Shown here piece by piece: positions 1 through 8,885 of a stretch of DNA of 56,195 nt (positions are counted from its first letter, which is position 1; the number at the start of each line of letters is the position of its first letter). The notes under the pieces are model-generated. The model saw only the letters and a program-made list of their open reading frames with translations. It was not told where the DNA came from and ran no database searches. The position numbers and the translations under genes are program-made. The stretch spans positions 1 through 56,195 of the IMG/VR virus record IMGVR_UViG_3300025128_000045; one strand, given 5' to 3'. The DNA comes from a virus (Duplodnaviria; Caudoviricetes).

Positions 1-79
1 CTAATTCCTTAAAGTAATTGCATGTACCAAAGAGTGTTTCTCCTCCTGCATCATGGAATCTGCACATTGAACAATTCAT
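1..79 (-). CDS. Partial CDS, N-terminus identical to 55148..55456
   Basis: ATG at 79 gives MNCSMCRFHDAGGETLFGTCNYFKEL, cut by window edge. Confidence 0.8.
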   Translation of the reverse strand, partial: MNCSMCRFHDAGGETLFGTCNYFKEL

Positions 80-80
80 A
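1..80 (+). repeat. 80-bp exact direct repeat, copy 1
   Basis: CTAATTCCTTAAAG...GAACAATTCATA identical to 55378-55457. Confidence 0.95.
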
Positions 81-297
81 GCTTTACCTTAAATACTATT
101 CCACATTTCTTAACCATGGTTGATTTATTTTTTCTACCCCTATCCTTCACTCCTTTCGCCATCATATTTTCGACACCCTTAATAAGCTTGGCTTTTTTAG
201 ATGGACTTAGCTTCTTAGGTCCTTGTTCCTTGATAAGTTTCCTCATCTTCTTTGATGATATTCTACCCATTAGCATACTCCTTGCATCTTTTTTCAT
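76..297 (-). CDS. Basic hypothetical protein, homologue of 55453..55698
   Basis: SKKAKLIKGVENMMAKGVKDRGR vs SKKQKLLKGVESMIAQGVEDRGR. Confidence 0.7.
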   Translation of the reverse strand: MKKDARSMLMGRISSKKMRKLIKEQGPKKLSPSKKAKLIKGVENMMAKGVKDRGRKNKSTMVKKCGIVFKVKL

Positions 298-454
298 ATT
301 CTTTTTCTAAAACATAATAATTGGGTTCTGGTACATAGTCTTTATCTTCCTCTATAAACTTCCTTAAATATTTCAAAGTATTTACAAGGTGTTCATCAGT
401 CATCTTTGATATAAAATGCCACCTACCATTTTTGTCTTTCCATTGACCTTTCAT
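263..454 (-). CDS. Hypothetical protein, homologue of 55695..55880
   Basis: MTDEHLVNTLKYLRK vs MSDAHLTNAVRYMRK; YYxLEKEY shared; GGAG RBS. Confidence 0.8.
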   Translation of the reverse strand: MKGQWKDKNGRWHFISKMTDEHLVNTLKYLRKFIEEDKDYVPEPNYYVLEKEYEKRCKEYANG

Positions 455-610
455 TTTTTCTCCTTTATAGGAAAACCTAATTCTCTAAGGATTTTATATC
501 CACCATTAACTAATGGTTTGATAATATTGTTTTTAATCTTACAAGGGATAATAATTCCATTAGAAGTAGCAAAGTATATTTTTATTGCTTTCATTTCTTT
601 TCCTTTAATG

Positions 611-811
611 TTAATAGGTTACTAATTTGCCATCATGGAAAGTATACTTTGTTAATGAACCATATACTTTTTTATGGTTAGCTGTTTCCAGACCAAGCAT
701 ATAAGCCTTTGCTAATTCTCTTGTATAGAAGCTCGTCTCTTCACAATAGTCATTCTCCCAATGAAGTGTTACTGTCCATATTTTTTTTATATTTTCTTTT
801 TTCTTACTCAT
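611..811 (-). CDS. Hypothetical protein
   Basis: Packed minus-strand operon. Confidence 0.65.
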   Translation of the reverse strand: MSKKKENIKKIWTVTLHWENDYCEETSFYTRELAKAYMLGLETANHKKVYGSLTKYTFHDGKLVTY

Positions 812-992
812 TCTTTTCCTTTATTTCGTTAGTGTTTTTCTTACCAAATTGCTGGACAAAACATTTAGTACATACTAATCTAATGTTTTTTGTTATATAA
901 GTAGTATACTCAAATGATTCTTTGTTAAACTTTTGTTCCCCACAACATTGGCAAGTATAGTTATTCTTTTTTAAGTATTTCGTATCTATCAT
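804..992 (-). CDS. Small Zn-ribbon-like protein
   Basis: CQCC and CTKC pairs. Confidence 0.65.
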   Translation of the reverse strand: MIDTKYLKKNNYTCQCCGEQKFNKESFEYTTYITKNIRLVCTKCFVQQFGKKNTNEIKEKNE

Positions 993-1152
993 CTGGTTCT
1001 TTTATTTTAGTTTTTATCTTTGGTTTACCCGGGTTTGCTTTTCTTAACTCATAATCAGCAAGTTTAAAGTATTGGTACAACCACCATTTGCCACCCGAAT
1101 TTTTTTTCCAAGTAGCATAGATTTCTGCCCACTTACTTTCTTCCTTGCTCAA
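961..1152 (-). CDS. Hypothetical protein
   Basis: Packed operon. Confidence 0.6.
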   Translation of the reverse strand: MSKEESKWAEIYATWKKNSGGKWWLYQYFKLADYELRKANPGKPKIKTKIKEPDDRYEILKKE

Positions 1153-1422
1153 CTAAGCATGTCCGTTTCGATTCCCCATAAATTTAAACTCTCTTTTACC
1201 ACCAAGAACTTGATACCTTTTATAACAAGTATCAAAACCAAGCATAGTCATTGGATAGTGTATCCCATTTGTCATTAGTATCTCTTCATACATTTTTAAT
1301 AGCTCTTTTTTCCCGAACCTTGGTGTCGGTAGCCAATTCTCTATCATTCTCTTTTCCTTTATTGTTTTGTTTAACCTCATAACTTGGGTCGCTTCCTTCG
1401 TCTCAGTTAGCAGCGAACCCAC
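1153..1422 (-). CDS. Hypothetical protein (start uncertain)
   Basis: Packed operon. Confidence 0.55.
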   Translation of the reverse strand: MGSLLTETKEATQVMRLNKTIKEKRMIENWLPTPRFGKKELLKMYEEILMTNGIHYPMTMLGFDTCYKRYQVLGGKREFKFMGNRNGHA

Positions 1423-1481
1423 AATTTGTACAATTATAATGGCAGTTTATAACTGCTACATCAAAGCCACACACCATGCAT

Positions 1482-1694
1482 TTAGCCTGTTTCATTTGAC
1501 TCCTTTATTTTTTTCCTATACTTCTTTCTTGCTTCTTGCACCTCTTTATCTATAACAAGGGAGGTATACTCTGTTAGCTTTATGACAGGCTCTGCTTCCT
1601 TATCTTTATTTATATAATCTATAAATTGTGTAGCTCTACTCATGATTAAACAACTTTCCTTGTTCAGCAAAAAACACACTATTTTCAAGTCCAT
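1482..1694 (-). CDS. Hypothetical protein (true start probably internal MSRATQF)
   Basis: Packed operon; N-terminal part overlaps the upstream gene. Confidence 0.55.
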   Translation of the reverse strand: MDLKIVCFLLNKESCLIMSRATQFIDYINKDKEAEPVIKLTEYTSLVIDKEVQEARKKYRKKIKESNETG

Positions 1695-1995
1695 TTATAA
1701 CAGATTGAATGGCTGTTTTTCTTTGGTATAAATGTTTTATTGTATCAGATATTTCTTCCATGTTCTTAGCATACCAATAACCCTTAGATGAAGAACCTAT
1801 TGGATAACCTCTTTTTCTAAGAAAATTAACTATCGCTCTAACTTCTACACCCCTTAAATCTAAAGCATCTTCTATTATCTTAGACCTGACAGGTCCTCTT
1901 TTATTTACCTTTTGGATTCTATTTAAAAACTCATCTAATCTTGATTTAGCTTTTTTAGTTAAACCATTCATGTCTTCAAATGTTGTTAAGCTCAT
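1636..1995 (-). CDS. Winged HTH DNA-binding protein
   Basis: SKIIEDALDLRGVEVRAIVNFLRKRGYPIGSSSKGYWYA pattern of phage wHTH proteins. Confidence 0.65.
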   Translation of the reverse strand: MSLTTFEDMNGLTKKAKSRLDEFLNRIQKVNKRGPVRSKIIEDALDLRGVEVRAIVNFLRKRGYPIGSSSKGYWYAKNMEEISDTIKHLYQRKTAIQSVINGLENSVFFAEQGKLFNHE

Positions 1996-2140
1996 TTTCT
2001 TTCCTTTTCCTTTTTGTGTTACAGGGTTTACAATACCCGTTTGAATCTTTATAGTTTACATTAAAATAATTAGGGCAACCTTTGGTGTTGCATTTAAAAT
2101 GATGCTCTTTTGGTTTCCCTATTCCATGATGAAGTCTCAT
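1976..2140 (-). CDS. 54-aa Cys-rich protein (not in ORF track)
   Basis: MRLHHGIGKPKEHHFKCNTKGCPNYF...YCKPCNTK; ATG overlaps upstream TGA. Confidence 0.6.
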   Translation of the reverse strand: MRLHHGIGKPKEHHFKCNTKGCPNYFNVNYKDSNGYCKPCNTKRKRKENELNNI

Positions 2141-2556
2141 TCATGCTTCCTTCTTGTTAAACTTTTTGCTTTTTTACACCCATCACACCGACACCCCCTA
2201 TCATACCATGTTCTACTTATATAATGTCCTTCTTCTTCTTCTCTATTGCCTACTTTATGTTCAAAATCTTTCCAACCCTTCTTAGTGTAAAATCTTGCAG
2301 CCGATGAGTTACAAGACCGATGAGAAAATGCTATATTTCCTAAATCCCAGAATAGTCTGGTATCTTTATCAAGCCATGCTTTTTTATGGTCAATAGACAA
2401 ATCGCTTGATTCAACAATTAACTTTTTACACCTGTAGCATTCATCAAGTTTTAATCTCTTTATCAGCATAAAAAGTATTTTCTTTTTTAACCTATTCTGA
2501 GCAGTAGAAAAATTAATACCTAATTGTTTAGATTTTTTATCGTTAGACTTATTCAC
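2137..2556 (-). CDS. HNH endonuclease-family protein
   Basis: CYRC...SIDH...N...SHRSCN; C-terminal CRCDGC. Confidence 0.75.
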   Translation of the reverse strand: MNKSNDKKSKQLGINFSTAQNRLKKKILFMLIKRLKLDECYRCKKLIVESSDLSIDHKKAWLDKDTRLFWDLGNIAFSHRSCNSSAARFYTKKGWKDFEHKVGNREEEEGHYISRTWYDRGCRCDGCKKAKSLTRRKHE

Positions 2557-2705
2557 AATCTAAATCACTATCATACCCTCGGATAATGCAAGTTATCCAC
2601 ATTATCCACAGGGTATAATAACATAGGTATACCTATATACATAGGTTATAAGTAGGTTGTAATCTATTAAGTATAGGTTTAGTATAGGTTATAAGTAGGT
2701 TAAAC
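2549..2705. promoter_or_regulatory. Putative replication origin with DnaA boxes and TAGGT-rich repeats
   Basis: TTATCCACA at 2593-2601 and 2602-2610, TTATTCACA at 2549-2557, 18-bp repeat ATAGGTTATAAGTAGGTT at 2641-2658 and 2684-2701. Confidence 0.7.
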
Positions 2706-3194
2706 CTAAAAGGGAACATCTTCTTCTTTTTTATCAGCTCCTTCAAGATTCTCTAAACTCTGCATAACATTCTTTAAAGCTTTTTGAATCTTGTTAATCT
2801 CTCTCCAACAATCGTCAGTAGAATAGGTACTAAATGATACACCATCGTCATATGCTTCAGCAGGTTTGCTACCATCCAAGACAGAAGTAAATTCTTTTCT
2901 ATCTTTTTTCTTTAGGTCATCCATAGTCATACCATTGATTGTAAAGGCTTGTATCTTATCATCAACCTTGATTTTACCTATGGTAAGTTCCTTATCTCTC
3001 AATGGTGCATGTTCAGAAATTAATGTATGCAATGTATGTGTTGCTAACATCTGATGCTCTACACCTCCCGTACTTAAAGTATATCTATACCTTTGTCCAA
3101 ACTTAGTTGTTACAGGCATAGGGTCATTAAATAAAAACTTAACTAACTTGGACTCCCCAAGTTCTATCTTTAGGTTAGGTTTATACTCACTCAT
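2706..3194 (-). CDS. Putative single-stranded DNA-binding protein
   Basis: Acidic-aromatic C-terminal tip EEDVPF; directly downstream of annealase. Confidence 0.6.
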   Translation of the reverse strand: MSEYKPNLKIELGESKLVKFLFNDPMPVTTKFGQRYRYTLSTGGVEHQMLATHTLHTLISEHAPLRDKELTIGKIKVDDKIQAFTINGMTMDDLKKKDRKEFTSVLDGSKPAEAYDDGVSFSTYSTDDCWREINKIQKALKNVMQSLENLEGADKKEEDVPF

Positions 3195-3859
3195 TATCTC
3201 GCTCCTTCTATTTTAGCTTGATTAATTATTTTCTGCATCTGTTCCAACATTACTTCAGCAGATTTTTTACTAAGTTGTTTAGCTTTGAACTTATCAAATT
3301 GTTCATTCATCCAATCTGTTTGTTCCTTGTTTAAAAGTTCTTCAGCTTCTACAAATGCATTCTGCACATGACCCATAAATTCCTTAGTTGGTCTGTTATG
3401 AGGTGCTACTTCTTTAGAGTCGGGGACAATATTGGTCTTGTCCCATCCTTCTGGCTTCCAATTATAGGGTGCTCTGCCGTTATCTCCAAGTGGTGCAACG
3501 AATCTACCAAGGGAATATAAATCTCGCCCTATACCCCACATTACACCAGCTCTTTTAAATGAATCAGATGCTTCACCTTTTTGAGCTTCAAAGTTACTCG
3601 GTACACCAACATCCCATTTGGTTACCCATTCCCCATCAAGCAATATAGATATACCACAAAACAAGTTACCTTTAATTTCTTTATATTCACTTGTCCAATA
3701 GCCTTCTGTTGCTTCATCTAATCTATCCATTACATACCTTGCATCAATATAGGCTAACATATTAGCCTTATTCCCAAAGGTATTGCCCTCTCGGAATTTA
3801 ATCTCATGCTTCTCGGTATCTTTCTGTAATAATTCAAGTATTTCACTTGCTTTTTTCAT
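3194..3859 (-). CDS. Sak/Rad52-family single-strand annealing protein
   Basis: LAYIDARYVMDRLD...KWDVG...KGEASDSFKRAGVMWGIGRDLY. Confidence 0.85.
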   Translation of the reverse strand: MKKASEILELLQKDTEKHEIKFREGNTFGNKANMLAYIDARYVMDRLDEATEGYWTSEYKEIKGNLFCGISILLDGEWVTKWDVGVPSNFEAQKGEASDSFKRAGVMWGIGRDLYSLGRFVAPLGDNGRAPYNWKPEGWDKTNIVPDSKEVAPHNRPTKEFMGHVQNAFVEAEELLNKEQTDWMNEQFDKFKAKQLSKKSAEVMLEQMQKIINQAKIEGAR

Positions 3860-3913
3860 ACTGCTCCTGTTATTTTATTATTGTTAGTGATTTATTCTTT
3901 TCTGTGTGGTAGG

Positions 3914-4153
3914 TTACTTGCTCTGACTTACCACACTTTCCTTTAAAATTCCCGACAGAATCTCAACCCCCTTCTGTGAGTTCTCTAAGTTATCTATTAG
4001 GTTATTCATAAGTAGTTTGTAAATCTTCTTTTTATGTTTAGCTGGTATTGGTCTATTACCTTTAACTAATTGGTGTACAAACTGCCTTGATACTCCTAAT
4101 TCTCTTGCTACATCTCCATGGCTTAGACTCGTTAATTTCATTACTTCAAACAT
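3914..4153 (-). CDS. Cro/XRE-type HTH regulator
   Basis: LSHGDVARELGVSRQFVHQLVKGNRPIP. Confidence 0.8.
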   Translation of the reverse strand: MFEVMKLTSLSHGDVARELGVSRQFVHQLVKGNRPIPAKHKKKIYKLLMNNLIDNLENSQKGVEILSGILKESVVSQSK

Positions 4154-4482
4154 ACATCTACTATTCTATTGTCTAAGTTTAACACTAAGTGGCTGATGTG
4201 TAAGCCTGTATCTATTGCATCGCTCAGTTGTGTCCAAGATTCTGCATACTCGTAGTCTTTTGAGTCTATTGTTTTAGTTTCTTCCCCGTCCATTTCTTCT
4301 ATGTGAACCCTAAATGAAATTATAGATGGTACGATGTCTTTAATTCCATATTCTTTGACATCAAGTTCTATTTGATACTCCATCACCCCGTCATAACAAT
4401 CCCAATTCTCATAGCCTTCACCCTGTAAGTCTACCATTGGGAATCCATTCTGACATAGCTTCTGTTTAAAATTTAATATCAT
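4141..4482 (-). CDS. Acidic hypothetical protein
   Basis: Packed operon. Confidence 0.7.
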   Translation of the reverse strand: MILNFKQKLCQNGFPMVDLQGEGYENWDCYDGVMEYQIELDVKEYGIKDIVPSIISFRVHIEEMDGEETKTIDSKDYEYAESWTQLSDAIDTGLHISHLVLNLDNRIVDVCLK

Positions 4483-4661
4483 TTTATTTCCCCCCTATCA
4501 ATAGCTTCTTGAACAACCCTATCACCTAATGATTCTAAGTAATCATCTTGTGTCTGCTTCATAGCTTTTTCTATCTCTTCTTCTGTCATGAAATCAGATT
4601 CACAAGGGTCTGTATGTCCATGGTGATATGCTTCTATTAGTTTGTCTTTCATTCTTCCCAT
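4479..4661 (-). CDS. Hypothetical protein
   Basis: First ORF after putative promoter. Confidence 0.65.
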   Translation of the reverse strand: MGRMKDKLIEAYHHGHTDPCESDFMTEEEIEKAMKQTQDDYLESLGDRVVQEAIDRGEIK

Positions 4662-4697
4662 TCTTTTCCCCTTTTTGTTGTTGTTTTTGGGTGATAT

Positions 4698-4727
4698 AAT
4701 TTACATTTCTTATTGGTTTACAACCAA
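4698..4727 (-). promoter_or_regulatory. Putative sigma70-like promoter
   Basis: Minus strand TTGGTT-N18-TAAATT in intergenic gap; contains palindrome TTGGTT-N3-AACCAA. Confidence 0.4.
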
Positions 4728-4731
4728 CAAC

Positions 4732-4932
4732 TTAATGAATCATCTCGTAAATATAACTTGTTATAGATTCATCAGAGTCGGTGTCACCCATACCAATACC
4801 TTTGTATTTTTCTTTTATCCTGTAATACTCAATTTGGAATTTAGAGATAGCAGTTTTTAATTCCTCTGTGGCTTCTTGTGAGCCGTCTTCGTCTTTAAAA
4901 AAACCAAAGTGATTCTCCCAATATTTACTCAT
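4732..4932 (-). CDS. Hypothetical protein
   Basis: Early cassette ORF with GGAG RBS. Confidence 0.7.
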   Translation of the reverse strand: MSKYWENHFGFFKDEDGSQEATEELKTAISKFQIEYYRIKEKYKGIGMGDTDSDESITSYIYEMIH

Positions 4933-5111
4933 TTACTCTCCTTTACATCTATTGTTGCGAAAGATTCATCTTCCATCATATAATTCAGTTTGTCGCTCTC
5001 TATAATCTCTTCTGCTTCTTCTAACGAATCTGCTTCAACATATCCTGTTGCCGTTATTGTCCAATAATATTCTTTACTCATTCTCTTTCTCCTCTCTTGG
5101 CTCATAGCCAA
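4929..5111 (-). CDS. Hypothetical protein (start probably MSKEYYW)
   Basis: YVEADSLEEAEE motif common in small phage early proteins. Confidence 0.65.
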   Translation of the reverse strand: MAMSQERRKRMSKEYYWTITATGYVEADSLEEAEEIIESDKLNYMMEDESFATIDVKESK

Positions 5112-5313
5112 ACTTTTTTAAGAAAACATCCAACATAATACCATTAACATAATCCATTTCTTGTGTTGTCCATCTTTCTATAAGATTTAACCTATTAACT
5201 TCATCAATAATTGATTGATATAGCTTTTCCCCTTTTGACTCATCAAGCCCAAGCATTTCTGTTAGTTGAATTACCAAAGATGCCTGTTCATAGAATATAT
5301 CTTCTTTATTCAT
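5074..5313 (-). CDS. Hypothetical protein
   Basis: Packed operon. Confidence 0.65.
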   Translation of the reverse strand: MNKEDIFYEQASLVIQLTEMLGLDESKGEKLYQSIIDEVNRLNLIERWTTQEMDYVNGIMLDVFLKKFGYEPREEKENE

Positions 5314-5551
5314 TTTCTACCCCTATTGTTTTTGCTTCACTATCATCATCCCTATCCATCTCTGAATCGGTGACGAACATTCTTCTTTCCTTTGCTACAC
5401 TCTTTAGAATTGGTAGACATTCTATATATACCTCCTCATCAAGAAATGTAGCAACTTGCTCTGCATATCCATTTGTCTCAAAAAATACATTTAACTTTAT
5501 TGGCTTACTCATTTCCAACCTCCAAGTCACATGTGTATGAACTAACACCAT
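5306..5551 (-). CDS. Hypothetical protein (start probably MSKPIK)
   Basis: Packed operon. Confidence 0.65.
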   Translation of the reverse strand: MVLVHTHVTWRLEMSKPIKLNVFFETNGYAEQVATFLDEEVYIECLPILKSVAKERRMFVTDSEMDRDDDSEAKTIGVENE

Positions 5552-5732
5552 CTTCTAATTGATTTCTTATAAATCTATTTGCACTCTCTTGACTCTCGGC
5601 AACTACGGTAAAGCAACCCGACACTTTAACTTCGTATTCTTCTTCTCCATCCATGCAGTTATTACACATTCTTTCATCTAAATCACCCGATGAACTATCG
5701 AAATGATTTTCACACTCTATACAAGTCCACAT
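5505..5732 (-). CDS. Zn-ribbon-containing hypothetical protein
   Basis: CIEC and CNNC. Confidence 0.65.
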   Translation of the reverse strand: MWTCIECENHFDSSSGDLDERMCNNCMDGEEEYEVKVSGCFTVVAESQESANRFIRNQLEDGVSSYTCDLEVGNE

Positions 5733-5776
5733 ATTATTTTCCTTTTTTTTTATTTTTAAATCCCATCCACCAACTT

Positions 5777-6247
5777 TTAACTTATTTTTATACTATGGCT
5801 GGACAACTCTTTTATGTCGGGTAGTCCGTGTCCATCCCATTCGTTTAAATCATCTCGGTCTACCTTAAACATTTTTGAATAGCTATCGTTAAAGCAATCG
5901 TCTTGCCTTCCATATCTGATTACAAAACTCATATCCGTTTCTAATAAACCGAGAAGTTCTATATCTTTTTCTGAGTAGTCATCGCTATAACTATAATTAA
6001 TAATATCAGCCTTGCAATATCTACCATTGGCTGATTTATGATAAGTTTGATTCAAGAACCATTCAGCAATTTTATTTAACTTGGATTGCTCTTGGTCGGT
6101 TATGATTGAACCCGACAATACAAACTCCAACCCCTCGACAATACCTTCATACTTACAGGCTTGTAGACTATCTTGCATCTTATCAAACTCCTTAACTGCT
6201 TCCTTACAATCAGCAAGGTAATCTCTTATTTCTTTTTCTGTTTTCAT
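5777..6247 (-). CDS. Hypothetical protein
   Basis: 156 aa, AAGGAG RBS. Confidence 0.75.
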   Translation of the reverse strand: MKTEKEIRDYLADCKEAVKEFDKMQDSLQACKYEGIVEGLEFVLSGSIITDQEQSKLNKIAEWFLNQTYHKSANGRYCKADIINYSYSDDYSEKDIELLGLLETDMSFVIRYGRQDDCFNDSYSKMFKVDRDDLNEWDGHGLPDIKELSSHSIKIS

Positions 6248-6257
6248 TCACTCTCCT

Positions 6258-6578
6258 TTATTTATAAAATGCACCATTCCAAGAATTACCCATCTCGAAA
6301 TAATATCCATCAAAATCTAAAGCATTAAACTTATCAAACAACTCATACCCATTATACATGTTCAAAGCAGAGTTTAATGCTCCCTCAAAACTCATACTGA
6401 TTGTATCATTATTTGCCCATTTAAAATAATCAGATGCTTTGACATTCTCTTCAATAGTTTTATGTCCACTTGAGTCATAAATCCATCGTTTATTGGAAAA
6501 ATAAATTATCACATCTGAATCCAAGCCATGCTTTCTAATAAATCTCTCTATTGTTTTTGCTACTTTAACTTTCTTCAT
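6258..6578 (-). CDS. Hypothetical protein
   Basis: 106 aa, packed operon. Confidence 0.75.
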   Translation of the reverse strand: MKKVKVAKTIERFIRKHGLDSDVIIYFSNKRWIYDSSGHKTIEENVKASDYFKWANNDTISMSFEGALNSALNMYNGYELFDKFNALDFDGYYFEMGNSWNGAFYK

Positions 6579-6796
6579 TGTACTAATGTCCCTATTTTTA
6601 TTTCGTAAACATCTATTAATTTTTCTAAATCACTTTCAGAAAGATGGTTGAATTGACTTCTTTTATATTTAGGATAGTCGGGTTCAAAATATGTATCCCC
6701 ACCACTACCATCATTCCAAATACTGCCCTTGTTTGTCTTGGCTTCATAACCTAAACCTCTGTTTGTTTCAAAGTATCTTATACTTTTAACTTCCAT
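6575..6796 (-). CDS. Hypothetical protein
   Basis: IRYFETNRGLGYEAKT...IWNDGSGG; coupled stop/start. Confidence 0.75.
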   Translation of the reverse strand: MEVKSIRYFETNRGLGYEAKTNKGSIWNDGSGGDTYFEPDYPKYKRSQFNHLSESDLEKLIDVYEIKIGTLVQ

Positions 6797-7002
6797 TATT
6801 CATCTCCTTGTAATAAAATTAAAATTATCTGTTCTATCTCAAGCCTCTCATCATTTCCTAATCTATCGCTCCATTTAAGCATCTCTTTTAATCTTTTAAT
6901 TGCTTTTGCTTTATTTGTATATATTGAATTTATAAGTCCTAAAGACTCACTTGCACTATCTATAACTTTATCTAATGCACTAATTGTATCTTCTAATTTC
7001 AT
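6796..7002 (-). CDS. Hypothetical protein
   Basis: Coupled stop/start. Confidence 0.65.
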   Translation of the reverse strand: MKLEDTISALDKVIDSASESLGLINSIYTNKAKAIKRLKEMLKWSDRLGNDERLEIEQIILILLQGDE

Positions 7003-7445
7003 ACACTCTCCTTTGTAACTTGTTCTATGTAATGATTAATAACTTCCCAATTAACTCCGATAGTAGCATCGTGGTCATTTTCAATTAAGGAAAGTACATC
7101 CTCTATTTGCTCGTCAGTTAATGTATCGCATTGGCTTTTAATATCTTCTGCATACCAAGTTATTACTGCCTTAATTTTTGGCTTGTTAATTGTTCTGATA
7201 ATTGCATTAAATTTTCTATCTTTATAGTTTGGCATAATGGTATCACCAAGCCATTTATCTATAAATACATTTTCGATATGCTGAAACATATCGGATTGTA
7301 CTTCTGATTTAATTTCTTTATCATCATTCATAAACTTTTTTGCCTGTTCAAGCCTGTCAAATGATGCAATAGTTTCTGTACCATTATCATCATCCCAAGT
7401 AACTGCTACTTCATACCAATATCGTAATGTTGTATCTTCACTCAT
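6999..7445 (-). CDS. Hypothetical protein
   Basis: C-terminal WYAEDI...LTDEQIEDVL...HDATIGVNWEVI resembles a recurrent phage early domain. Confidence 0.75.
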   Translation of the reverse strand: MSEDTTLRYWYEVAVTWDDDNGTETIASFDRLEQAKKFMNDDKEIKSEVQSDMFQHIENVFIDKWLGDTIMPNYKDRKFNAIIRTINKPKIKAVITWYAEDIKSQCDTLTDEQIEDVLSLIENDHDATIGVNWEVINHYIEQVTKESV

Positions 7446-7695
7446 ACATATCTCCTAATAGTTTATTGTATTTTTGTCGTACTAATTCTAACTCATGTGG
7501 TGAGGTAAAATTAATTCTCTTGTTCTCTATTATTAATGCTTGGTCAGATGCAATTGCTCTTAATAATCGATTCTCTCTACCATAATCATCAACAACATGA
7601 TAGGCAACCATTATGATAGTGAATGTTGCTATTAGAAAGAAGGTGGACATTACAGAAAACTCCCCCCACTTTCCCCCTTTGTTAAATAGTTTCAT
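7438..7695 (-). CDS. Single-pass membrane protein
   Basis: Hydrophobic FFLIATFTIIMVAY. Confidence 0.65.
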   Translation of the reverse strand: MKLFNKGGKWGEFSVMSTFFLIATFTIIMVAYHVVDDYGRENRLLRAIASDQALIIENKRINFTSPHELELVRQKYNKLLGDMYE

Positions 7696-7703
7696 TGGTT
7701 CTC

Positions 7704-7961
7704 CTATATATTATTTTTTTCAAATTCGGGAAATTCATTATTAACCAAGCACGATTGTATAAAACCCAATATTACTTCATTAACATTGATTTGAGAACGA
7801 AGAAAATCCATCATTGAGTCATCTTTAATATCTGACTTTGCTCTGTCCACTAACATTGATGTACTTAATGATATTTGTTCATGCAATCTTTTATTTTCCT
7901 CAATAAGCCATTCTCGTTCTCTTTTATTTAAACTGCCTGTTTCTTCAAATACTACTTTCAT
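7704..7961 (-). CDS. Hypothetical protein
   Basis: Packed operon. Confidence 0.65.
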   Translation of the reverse strand: MKVVFEETGSLNKREREWLIEENKRLHEQISLSTSMLVDRAKSDIKDDSMMDFLRSQINVNEVILGFIQSCLVNNEFPEFEKNNI

Positions 7962-8087
7962 TTCATCCCTTTATAAATAGTTTAATAGTATTGCAATTAC
8001 CATCGGCAATGCACTTAAAATATAAATCCATAGTGGTGTTCTCTCAGACCTCCCGACAGAACCTCTAACTTGTTTAAGATATATCAT

Positions 8088-8378
8088 TTAATAATCTCCT
8101 TCATATCCGTTTTTAGTCCAAGCATCCACCCCTTTAAGCCATTGTAATTCGGCAAGGTAACTGCTATATAATTCAAACCTATTGTGTTTCTTTTGTAGGT
8201 GTATCACAGAACCCTTGTTCAATTTGTTTAATTGGTAATCAGACAACCCTTCCTCTATTAATTTAATATTGGGTGGAAAGTCAACCTCCATAAACATAAT
8301 TGTACTCGCATAAGGTTTACCATACTCCCAACCTCTGAGATATAATACATTCTCTTTTTTTCTTATTAATATTCTCAT
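8088..8378 (-). CDS. Hypothetical protein
   Basis: Packed operon. Confidence 0.6.
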   Translation of the reverse strand: MRILIRKKENVLYLRGWEYGKPYASTIMFMEVDFPPNIKLIEEGLSDYQLNKLNKGSVIHLQKKHNRFELYSSYLAELQWLKGVDAWTKNGYEGDY

Positions 8379-8560
8379 TCAGATACCTCGTACCCTTCGT
8401 TTTCTAATATTGAGATACAATGTTCAACTATCTGCTCTCTTGCTCTCTCTTCAGTATCAGAAGAACCTTGTTCATAATCATCCCACTCTTCAGCGACTTG
8501 TCTTAAATCGCTCTCTGTATTCTCATGTCTACAATAACCCATGTTAGCCATATTATGCAT
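8375..8560 (-). CDS. Small acidic protein
   Basis: MANMGYCRHENTESDL motif typical of a small phage early family. Confidence 0.7.
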   Translation of the reverse strand: MHNMANMGYCRHENTESDLRQVAEEWDDYEQGSSDTEERAREQIVEHCISILENEGYEVSE

Positions 8561-8885
8561 CCTCCATTGTTTTTTTCATATTATTAACATCAAATCCCCA
8601 CTTACCTAACTGCTTGATTACATCAAGGTCAAGGGCGAACATTCCATCATATCCTGTTAATTCACCCTTGTCAAATTCCAAACATCCTTCTGCATGATAC
8701 TCACCACAATTAGAGTACAACTCATAACCCCCTTCTTGTTTTATTGCATTTGCCCACACACTATAATTCATTGTAACCCTCTCTGACTCTGTTGAGCCGT
8801 GACTTGAATCATGACATACAGATATTTCTTTTTTAAATTCTGATTTAAAGTTCATATAAACTCCTCTCTCCTTGACCTCTGTCAA
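8553..8885 (-). CDS. Hypothetical protein (start probably MNFKSEF)
   Basis: YHAEGCLEFDKGELTGYDGMFAL. Confidence 0.7.
   Translation of the reverse strand: MTEVKERGVYMNFKSEFKKEISVCHDSSHGSTESERVTMNYSVWANAIKQEGGYELYSNCGEYHAEGCLEFDKGELTGYDGMFALDLDVIKQLGKWGFDVNNMKKTMEDA

Noticed and set aside
2620-2705. Mini CRISPR array or telomere-like repeat
   Set aside because: Repeats are short, irregular and lack spacers; better explained as origin-associated repeats
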